Part shown: positions 57,201 through 64,000 of the stretch, in pieces | How positions within the stretch are numbered: position 1 is the first letter of the stretch | Layout of the letters: the number at the start of each line of letters is the position of its first letter | NCBI GenBank assembly: GCA_963750165.1 | Contig: CAVVPN010000003.1 | Coordinates: 2,016,001 to 2,080,000 of the forward strand | From: an uncultured Gemmataceae bacterium | GTDB taxonomy: Bacteria > Planctomycetota > Planctomycetia > Gemmatales > Gemmataceae | Length of the DNA: 64,000 nucleotides | Direction of reading: 5' to 3' | Position numbers and translations under genes: made by a program | Notes under the pieces: model-generated | Databases searched by the model: none | What the model was told of the DNA's origin: nothing | Seen by the model: only the letters and a program-made list of their open reading frames with translations

Positions 57201-59921
57201 CGCCTCGTGCGCCTGTACAACGACGCCTTCAATGCCTTACGTCCCCGGCTCTTTGACGGGTCGCACCTCGACTTCCCCGGCATGAACCAGACCATCCGGC
57301 TCAGGCCCCACCAGAAGGACGCCGTCTGGCGCGGCATGAGTTCGGGCAACACGCTGTTGGCCCATGCCGTCGGCGCCGGCAAGACCTTCACGATGGCCGC
57401 CACCGGTATGAAGCTGAAGCAGGCCGGCCTGATCGCCAAGCCAATGTACGTCGTGCCCAACCACCTGCTGGAGCAATTCGCCCGCGAGTTCCTCCAACTT
57501 TATCCCAACGCCAAGCTGCTCGTCGCCACCAAGGAAGATCTGACGCGCGAGCGCCGCAAGCACCTGACCGCAAGAATCGCCAGCGGCCAGTGGGACGGCA
57601 TCCTCGCCACCCACAGTTCGTTCGAGCGCATCGGCCTGTCGCGGCAATACCAGGAGCAGTTCCTGCGCGAGCAGATCGCCGAATACGACCAGTTGCTCAA
57701 AGACGGCGCCAGCGCCCAAGCGGTCCGCACTCGCCGCAACCTCATCAAGACCGTCGAAAAGGCCAAAAGCAAGCGCGAGGAGAAGCTCAGGGACTTGCTC
57801 GCTGAGGACAAGAAGGATGACGGGCTGGTTTTTGATCAACTCGGCGTCGATCATCTGTTCATCGACGAGTCCCAGTTCTTCAAGAACCTGGAGACGCCGA
57901 CGAAGATGGAGCGTGTCGCCGGCATTCAGACGGGCGGCAGCGAGCGCGCCTTCGACCTCTACATGAAGGCCCGCTACCTGCACCAGCGCCACCCCGGTCA
58001 CGGCTTGACGTTCGCCACTGGCACGCCGATTTCCAACACCATGGTCGAACTCTACACAGTCCAGCGCTTCCTGGACCCCGAGGGGATGCTCCAGCGCGGC
58101 ATCGAGCATTTCGACGGCTGGGCGGCCACCTTCGGCGAGGTCGTCGATACGATGGAGATCGCGCCCGACGGCGCTTCTCTCCGGCCGCGGAGCCGCTTCG
58201 CCCGCTTTACGAACCTGCCCGAGCTACAGCAGCTGTTCCGCGCTTTCGCCGACGTGCAGACCGCCGACATGCTCGACCTGCCCCGGCCGCGCCTCGAAGG
58301 CGGCAAGGCGATCGTCGTGGCCTGCCCGATGTCCCAGGAGCAACGCGCCCTCCAGCAGGAACTGGTGGCCCGCTACGACCGGCTGCGTTCGGAAAAGGTC
58401 GATCCGCGGGAAGACAACGCGCTGGCCATCACCACCGACGGGCGCAAGCTCGCCCTCGACGGACGAATGCTTTCGGGTACGGCAGCAGACTTTCCCGGCT
58501 CGAAGGTCAACGCGCTGGTGGATAACGTCGCGGCCATCTGGCGGCGGACGGCTGCGGCACGCAGCACCCAGATGATTTTCGCCGACATGGGCGTTCACCC
58601 GACGCCCTGGGGCTACTCGGCCTATGAGGAGATCATCGAGAAGCTCGTCACCCGCGGCGTCCCCCGCGACCAGATAGCCGCCGTCGGCGACGCCGACTCC
58701 GACGCCAAGAAACAGGCCCTCTTTGAGAGGGTCCGCAACGGCCAGGTCCGGGTGCTGCTGGGTAGCACGCAGAAGATGGGCACCGGCACCAACGTGCAGA
58801 AACGCCTGGTGGCCCTGCACCACCTCGACGCCCCCTGGAAGCCGGCCGAGGTCGAACAGCGCGATGGCCGCATCCTCCGCCAGGGCAACGACAACGAGGA
58901 AGTGGCGGTCTATCGTTACGTAACCACTGGTTCCTTCGACAGTTACATGTGGCAGGCGCTCGAAACCAAGGCGCGCTTTATCGCGCAGCTCATGGCCGGA
59001 GACATCGCCGTCCGCCGCGCCGAGGACGTCGGCGGCCAGGAACTCTCTTATGCGGAGGTCAAGGCGATTGCGTCGGGCAACCCGGCGGTCCTGACGCTCG
59101 CCGAGGCCGACGCCGAGCTCCAGCGCCTTTCCGTCCTGAAACGGAATCACGCGGACGAGCAGTACCTCACGCGGCGCAGCCTGCGCGTGCTGCCCGAGAC
59201 CATTGCCAGCCTGTCCGGGCGGCTGTCCGACCTCACGGCCGACATGGCCACCGCCGCAGCCCACGCCGCTGACGCCATCACCATCGGCAATCGTACCGCC
59301 TCCCGCGAGGACGCGACGCTCATCCTTGGCAAGCGTCTGGACTCCTTGCCGGAGTGGGCGCTGGAGCCGCGCCGCGTCGCGCTGGGCGTGTATCGCGGCC
59401 TTCGCTTTGGACTTGTTCTTCATCCGCAATTCGCCCCCGAGGTGTACCTGGAAGGGGCAACCACGCGCCAGTCCATGCTCTCGCGGGAACACCACGGACC
59501 GCGAGCCGTCCTGAACGCGGCGGAGCGCCTGGCCAGCGCCTACGGCTCGGAGTGCGCCCGGGTCCGGCAAGACCTTGCGATCGCGGAGGCCCAGCTGCGC
59601 GACTATCAGGCGCGCCTGGGTGCGCCTTTCGCTCATGATTCCTACTTGTCCCGGCTCACCGTCTTGCGCGACCAGCTCAAGTCCGCACTTTCCGGCGCGG
59701 CCCCGGAGCCAGGCGACGAACCACTGCCGGGGGGTTCCGACCTCGCCGACCAGATTAAGGCCCTCAAGGCCGCGCACACCATCGAGGCCACGCCCCAGCG
59801 CGTCGGCAAACGCCGTTGCTCCGCTGAGGAACCCGTCACTGTGCGCATCCGCCGCCGATCGGAATCGCTTCCGTACTCTGACCCAGCGACGGAGTTCGAC
59901 GACGACGCATTGAGAGTATAA
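54201..59921 (+). CDS. DarB-like N6-adenine methyltransferase-SF2 helicase fusion
   Basis: AFYTS, LEPGCGAG, IGNPPF (methyltransferase); HAVGAGKT, DESQFFKN, TGTPISN, EQRDGRILRQGN (helicase); GGAGGAG RBS before ATG 54201; start uncertain. Confidence 0.9.
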   Translation: MTGLDGKALPNIDKEQREPDPLVPESASLLRAEFLVELAKDGTDLPVLIREQPTPSRTRQLLFEFPPEWCEPPAPEDRVPSQVQGDHHAVQDDRSRTPPAVPRDPRAAPLSADATAGAGTPRAGVEDQPRGLEGPPVSGEAGQQPEPDCERGPGDGPPGAGGPFDLWFASARQRAAVPRRGHGVRPRSHSARVKASEKLPTLFDFLPAQPAGDEPQPPGPEETPPPPVPATPSVAEAPNPADVSACLERPAPAVPFTSASGEKAKARDILAAIRTVQTIDRELRPATPEERQTLASFAGFGPVALSIFPDPGTGHYKDATWQALGEELKALLSPEEYASARRATFNAFYTSPTVIAAMHEALDRLGVAGDATLLEPGCGAGHFMSQGRPGLRYVGVELDRVSGRIAQLLHPDQEIRIENFRDTRLPEGTIDAVIGNPPFADVRLDFHGLRLALHDFFLAKSLDLLKHGGVLALVTSHFSLDKQNARLREHLAEQADFLGAIRLPSDAFKRQGTSVVTDIVFFRKRAPGEPANHADPAWLETEPVDIEGATISINRYFRKFPEMVLGNFSRKDRLYDDGYSLAANGDLAEQLRAAIRNLPEGIASAPTAREQESAPSFTPPPRQPHVTEGSFFVGDDRTICQCLDGQTVPVTYGGKTLHAGGALTGKRLAALVGLRNRARRVLQSQNEGWPEADRHDARRELNWAYDRFVATYGPINKTTFGRTADGTLIRRMPNLVKFREDPDAMLVLSLEDYDEVTGQAAKAAIMTRDVVGRSPPVTSVRSAEEGLLVSLDQRGTVDLPFIVTLYGQPEEKIVAELGDLIFHDTVSRTWQTADAYLSGNVRAKLAAAEQAGPAYLRNAEALRAVQPEDVLPGDIDANLGAPWVPESDIQAFAADLFRVAPSSIQVGHLPKDAVWSLDADYAAQQSVAATSEYGTPRANGTGLLEMALNMKTPTIYDTVTRGDREERVLNREATLAAREKQKQIKERFRSWLFADPERTERLVRLYNDAFNALRPRLFDGSHLDFPGMNQTIRLRPHQKDAVWRGMSSGNTLLAHAVGAGKTFTMAATGMKLKQAGLIAKPMYVVPNHLLEQFAREFLQLYPNAKLLVATKEDLTRERRKHLTARIASGQWDGILATHSSFERIGLSRQYQEQFLREQIAEYDQLLKDGASAQAVRTRRNLIKTVEKAKSKREEKLRDLLAEDKKDDGLVFDQLGVDHLFIDESQFFKNLETPTKMERVAGIQTGGSERAFDLYMKARYLHQRHPGHGLTFATGTPISNTMVELYTVQRFLDPEGMLQRGIEHFDGWAATFGEVVDTMEIAPDGASLRPRSRFARFTNLPELQQLFRAFADVQTADMLDLPRPRLEGGKAIVVACPMSQEQRALQQELVARYDRLRSEKVDPREDNALAITTDGRKLALDGRMLSGTAADFPGSKVNALVDNVAAIWRRTAAARSTQMIFADMGVHPTPWGYSAYEEIIEKLVTRGVPRDQIAAVGDADSDAKKQALFERVRNGQVRVLLGSTQKMGTGTNVQKRLVALHHLDAPWKPAEVEQRDGRILRQGNDNEEVAVYRYVTTGSFDSYMWQALETKARFIAQLMAGDIAVRRAEDVGGQELSYAEVKAIASGNPAVLTLAEADAELQRLSVLKRNHADEQYLTRRSLRVLPETIASLSGRLSDLTADMATAAAHAADAITIGNRTASREDATLILGKRLDSLPEWALEPRRVALGVYRGLRFGLVLHPQFAPEVYLEGATTRQSMLSREHHGPRAVLNAAERLASAYGSECARVRQDLAIAEAQLRDYQARLGAPFAHDSYLSRLTVLRDQLKSALSGAAPEPGDEPLPGGSDLADQIKALKAAHTIEATPQRVGKRRCSAEEPVTVRIRRRSESLPYSDPATEFDDDALRV
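54463..54780 (+). CDS. Helical hypothetical protein nested in the helicase ORF (different frame)
   Basis: AAGGAG RBS; MLYKTIVLELLQQCPEIHERL...SQIASEALEMAL; GC3-rich codons. Confidence 0.65.
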   Translation: MLYKTIVLELLQQCPEIHERLRCRRMLQPALERHAQELKTSHEVWKDRLSQAKPGSNPSQIASEALEMALRELEGRLTSGLPPHDSEPLSLDAAMAFVRARTPPA

Positions 59922-60191
59922 ACATCCCTCGTCCTTCGCCTTGCCCGCGACGGCACTTGAGCCCAACTGACCTGAATTCAGGCGCGCTTCCTGTAACTCC
60001 TCTCTACAGGTCGGGGACGTTTCTTTCCTGCCGCGTGACACAGATAGTTTATTCGCTCGCATTTGTCGTATACACGTCAGGCTAGCATCGTTCATTATCA
60101 GGTCGGTTCAGAATTGAAGGTGGTTGGCGTTTTTGCGCTCTATCAGGGACGGCCCCCCGACAGAGCGCAAAGCTGCTACCGAGTACAAGGA

Positions 60192-60390
60192 TGGAGTTCC
60201 CCACGAAAAGTGGACAAGGGGTAAAGGGGGGGTAAGGGTTATTCCGTCTGCTCGTACTCCGCCGGGGCGACGTACCTCAGCGACGAATGCTGACGTTTGA
60301 GGTTGTAGAACACCTCGATGTACTCGAAGATCGCTGCCCGAGCCATCTCCCGCGTAGCGAAGACGGCGGCTCGGGAAATAAGCCGAGTTC
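60192..60390 (-). mobile_element. IS3-family remnant (OrfB C-terminus plus right inverted repeat)
   Basis: [37 protein letters not shown] then stop; terminal TGTCCACTTTTCGTGGGGAACTCCA. Confidence 0.8.
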
Positions 60391-60391
60391 T

Positions 60392-61441
60392 TCATCGCCG
60401 TTCGGCGGGCACTTTGCGGAAAAAATCACAAATGCACTCCATCAATTCACTCACGGTACCCGAAGGGGCCGGCCGAATCGGTACGCACACGGCAACCTTG
60501 TAAGGACCTACTTCCTTAATAGTTCTGACCTCGACATCCTTCTCCCAGGGTCCGTAGGCGTCTCGCCAGGATGCTGCGATGCCGAGGTATTCCCCCGTCG
60601 CCACCGTTGCCGCAACCATCTCGATGGAAGGTGACCACATCCAGCTCTTTCGGCCGCTCGCCCAGTCACCGATCGTGTAGTTACGCGCCCGAAGCTCAGG
60701 AGAATCGTTCACGCACACCGGGTACTTCTCGAGGTCTCGGAGTTCGATTTCTTTTTTCCTGCGAAGCGCGGAGAACGGGTCTCTTTTCCCCCTTCGGGGG
60801 AGGAGGAGAACGTCTCGGACGACGAACTCGGGCACCTCATGGGGTTCCACGTTCCGAACCGCGTCGGTGATCCCCGTTACCGTTACGCCGATTGAGGCCT
60901 CGCTGTAGCCGACCGCCTTCATGAGCTCGATCGGGTTTCCAATGTCGCGGAAGACGAATTCCACGCCCCGGGCCGGAATGCGTCCCGGCACCTCAAGCGC
61001 ACCTTTTGCGTCATCGCGTAGTCGGAAGGTTTTCACGATCCGCGTGAGGGCATGCACGGCGATCGCATATCCGGAAGCGACGGTAATAATCTCACGGTCT
61101 CCCCTCCCGGTCGGTCCGCCGATTGCGTCGAGACGGTCGAGCGTCTCCTTCACTTGACGGTAGACCGACCAACCCGCCGGCGTGACGACGCATCCCTGAT
61201 GACCGCTCCGACTGATGAGTCCATTTCGTTCGGCGTAGGCTTCCTCGATCTCGTTCAGAAGCTCCGACGCCCGAGGGAACGATACCCGTGGAGCAACCTT
61301 CCGGATCACGTCCTTAAGGAGGGGTTTCCTAGGGTGTTCGCGCTCAAGCGCTTCGCACACACCTGCGAAGACGCGGTACGCCTTGAGCGGCGGCAAGTCC
61401 TCCTGTCGGAGTGGTTTCTTCTTAGTGAGCTTCTTTTTCAT
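60392..61441 (-). CDS. Divergent LysR-type regulator
   Basis: VSFPRASELLNEIEE...LISR...VTPAG; substrate-binding-like C-terminus; palindrome TCGAATTT-C-AAATTCGA upstream (~61489-61505). Confidence 0.7.
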   Translation of the reverse strand: MKKKLTKKKPLRQEDLPPLKAYRVFAGVCEALEREHPRKPLLKDVIRKVAPRVSFPRASELLNEIEEAYAERNGLISRSGHQGCVVTPAGWSVYRQVKETLDRLDAIGGPTGRGDREIITVASGYAIAVHALTRIVKTFRLRDDAKGALEVPGRIPARGVEFVFRDIGNPIELMKAVGYSEASIGVTVTGITDAVRNVEPHEVPEFVVRDVLLLPRRGKRDPFSALRRKKEIELRDLEKYPVCVNDSPELRARNYTIGDWASGRKSWMWSPSIEMVAATVATGEYLGIAASWRDAYGPWEKDVEVRTIKEVGPYKVAVCVPIRPAPSGTVSELMECICDFFRKVPAERR

Positions 61442-61536
61442 GTCAGCCTCGATGTCGGGAAAGCGAAACCAGGTCGAATTTTATTATATCGAATTTCAAA
61501 TTCGACATCAAGTTGACCTGCGAAGGAGGTGTCGCG

Positions 61537-62391
61537 ATGATTCTCAATGAGCGCCGAACGTGCCGGCGGGAAAGCCGTGCGCGGGGGGTGCCGTGGGGCA
61601 GCCAAGGTGCTCGTAGCGAGGATCCCTCTCGCAGTGACGAACGGATCGGTGGAGCTTCAGCTATGCCGAAGATTCGAGACACGCAGGAGCACGGTCGTAC
61701 CGAGTCTGAGCAGGAACTCGGCGGGCCGCTGAATGAACGACGCATCAACGAAGTGGGAAACGAGGCTCGATTAGCGGACGGCTCCGCGACCGAGGGCGCT
61801 CCGCAAAAGGGCGTCAAGCCAGAACTTCTCGCCTTCGAGGAAGGAATCCGCTCGCGGCTCGGCGGGTCACCCGAAAAGCTGAACGAGTGGATTCTGTTCT
61901 CTCCATTTGTGCAGGCTCGAATTCACGCCGCGGCTCGCCGATTCCGGTGGGTCGATGATGTCCAGGACATCGCCCACGAAGCGATAATCGCCCTTTCCGA
62001 GTCTCTCGACCGGCCGAGCAGCCCTCTCCTTCGGTGGGACGGGCGCACGGGGAGCGGATTTTGGCCGGCCGTGTTCAGAAACAAAGTGTGGAAGGCGGTC
62101 GATGCTCGCCTCCGAAGGAGGAATTGTCGTCGCCAGGTGGTGGTTGATCAGTTGGCCTGTGATCGGGCGGAGGCACGCGCCGACCATATTACCGCCGAAC
62201 GTTGGGCTGAAGTGATGGATGCGGCTGATTCCCTCCCAGAAATACTTCGCGTCGTATTCAAAAAGCACATCCTTGAAGGATTCTCACGCACCCGACTCGC
62301 ACAAGAGCTTGGATTGGAACGGCACAGAATCGGAAAACTCTTGACCACCGCAATCGAGGAGATCATGCGACTCCTCAATTCTGACCCCTAA
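61537..62391 (+). CDS. ECF-type sigma factor
   Basis: DDVQDIAHEA...RNK (region 2); LPEILR.VF...LEG.S...LAQELG (region 4); start uncertain. Confidence 0.75.
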   Translation: MILNERRTCRRESRARGVPWGSQGARSEDPSRSDERIGGASAMPKIRDTQEHGRTESEQELGGPLNERRINEVGNEARLADGSATEGAPQKGVKPELLAFEEGIRSRLGGSPEKLNEWILFSPFVQARIHAAARRFRWVDDVQDIAHEAIIALSESLDRPSSPLLRWDGRTGSGFWPAVFRNKVWKAVDARLRRRNCRRQVVVDQLACDRAEARADHITAERWAEVMDAADSLPEILRVVFKKHILEGFSRTRLAQELGLERHRIGKLLTTAIEEIMRLLNSDP

Positions 62392-62893
62392 TCTGATCAC
62401 CTATTTCGCGAAGCAGGCGATCGAGGATTTCGGAATTTGCTTCAAACCAGTTACGGTACGTTGCGACCATTCTGTGCAGGCGGAGCCGTTCATCCCGAAG
62501 TTCGTGACTTTTCATTTGACCACGGTTGAGCCTCCAGAGCGCGGCGTGCTCTTCAGGGGTCAACGGAGGACCATCAAGTAGCTTTGACCGATCGATAGCG
62601 AGATTCTCGAATGGTTCGCCTAGCTTTCTCAGCCGCTCCTCCTCGACTCCCTCTTCCCACGCTTCCTCTTCGGTAAGTACTATCGGGTTCTGCTGGCCGG
62701 GAGCCGGCCGCTTTGGCGTCTGTGCGGCCTCGGTCCCATCACCACCCGCAGGTATACCAAAACCAAACTGCGATAGGTCAAACGGCGCTCCAGCCGCGTT
62801 CTCTGGTCTTGCACCGCCGGCGTCGTCTTGGCCCTTTCCGCCCTCCTTTCCAGGCTGCTTCTTTTCTCCTTGCGGGTTCGTCTCTGGTTCCAT
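62375..62893 (-). CDS. Hypothetical protein
   Basis: Open frame convergent on and overlapping the sigma gene end. Confidence 0.5.
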   Translation of the reverse strand: MEPETNPQGEKKQPGKEGGKGQDDAGGARPENAAGAPFDLSQFGFGIPAGGDGTEAAQTPKRPAPGQQNPIVLTEEEAWEEGVEEERLRKLGEPFENLAIDRSKLLDGPPLTPEEHAALWRLNRGQMKSHELRDERLRLHRMVATYRNWFEANSEILDRLLREIGDQIRGQN

Positions 62894-64000
62894 TCCGGCA
62901 CTATAGCACGAACCGACTGACCTCGTCACGTCGGCGTTCACTGCCAATTCTTCCGCCTCCCGGAGAATGATCCTATGGGCAGGTCCCTGAGTCCTTTTCG
63001 CACGAGGTTTTCCCATGACTCACCGCCTGTTGAGGCTGGCTCTTCCCCTAACGCTCTTTCTCGCAGTCCCAGCAGCCCAGGTGCTCCTAGAGCGGGCTAT
63101 TCTTGCGCGGACGGAGCAATCCCCAGCCGCGCTTTCGAGCCACGCCGTTCTGATCGGCGCCGCCACCATCCTCTTTCTGTTCTTGAACGGCTCAAACGTC
63201 TACTCGGTCGTGGCAATTGCCCGGCTCAGGCGAGAGAGGCCGGTCCACGCGACGCTCTTCGCGCAGAACACGATTGCGTTCACCGCCTACAGCGGCCTTC
63301 TCTGTTTTCTACTCATTCCCGCTGCCCATGTCCTTACCTCTCTCCTTCTCGGCCACGAGCCGAGCCAGGACGAGGTGAACTGCGCTCGCCTTCTCCTCGG
63401 CATCGTTGCAGTCCTTCTCGCGCAGCACGCTGCACTCGCACCTGTCCTCGCCCAGGAACGTGTCTGGTCAGCGTTTTTCGTCGTTTCCTCTGGACTTCTG
63501 GTTCACGCCGTTTTTCTTTTCATCGTTCCCACCGCTTGGGGGCTCTCCGGCGTCATTGCCGCTCGCACGGCAGGCACTCTTGTATCCGGCTCCTTCGCCA
63601 CGCGACTGTCACCAATCCCGAAGGTATGGTTCGGCCTCTCCCCAGTTGTTCGACGCGACAAAATGGTTCAAGCCGAACTTCTTCTCCGCGGTGCCGTTGT
63701 CGGCTTTCACGCCGCCATCGGGTCTCTCGTCGTAGGCATCGTCTTCTTCCTCGCACTCTCCCGCAACGGCGCGGCGCCGCTTGCTGCCGCGGCCATCGCG
63801 TTTAGCTGGTATTCCGTTTTGTCAGCCCTTCCTGTTGGCGTCGCCCAGGCAACCGGCATCGTGACGGCCGAGGCCTTGGGACAGAAGGGTTGGCTCCTGG
63901 TCCAGAAAGCGGTGAAGGGCGGGGACCGGGTCTGCTTTCATCTTGCGTACACAATCGCCATTGGGTTTCTTGTTGCAGGCTTCATCTTCTCGTGGGTCAT

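Noticed and set aside
58224..60095. 623-aa antisense ORF, and similar long shadow ORFs elsewhere
   Set aside because: Mirror frames of GC-rich real genes with no recognisable motifs.
62540..62570. PLTPEE shared between the 62375-62893 ORF and the putative anti-sigma at 44369-44728
   Set aside because: Six residues only, and the ORF is convergent to its sigma; insufficient evidence of homology.
62950..64000. Coding potential at the window end
   Set aside because: No convincing frame or motif on either strand; left unannotated.

Overview
GC-rich, mosaic bacterial DNA; the gene families (BON, DUF2294 expansion, ECF sigma factors, DUF6573) suggest Planctomycetota (inference). (1) 1-13.8 kb: a stress/signalling cluster with two DedA paralogues, Hsp20, a BON protein, four DUF2294/MpsC-family domains, a CheB-CheR-PAS-GAF hybrid kinase and a candidate attenuator or riboswitch leader. 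(2) About 14-41.5 kb: a plasmid/ICE-like backbone. It has leading-region-type genes (radC, DUF6573, two DUF932, a DNA methyltransferase, two SSB-like proteins), three copies of a structure-conserved hairpin element, AlkB plus DUF5131, and a replicon (five 22-bp iterons, repA, parA and partner). (3) About 42-50 kb: a defence-like island. A Ubl-E2-JAB-E1 (Bil/Bub-type) operon is transcribed divergently from an ECF sigma / putative anti-sigma / IrrE-CapP-type protease operon and a TIR gene. A shared GGTTAAGG-N7/8-TA(A/T)TC motif lies upstream of the sigma gene, the ubiquitin-like operon and a DUF1883 gene. This is the best candidate for a new system. (4) 50-64 kb: proline iminopeptidase, a tyrosine recombinase with a loxP-like site, a DarB-like methylase-helicase with a nested ORF, an IS3 remnant, LysR and a second ECF sigma. 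Two IS21-type MITEs with 6-bp target duplications are present. No rRNA, tRNA, CRISPR array or conjugation (T4SS/relaxase) genes were recognised. All family calls come from motif recognition by eye, not database searches. Several 1-2 nt frameshifts may be assembly errors.
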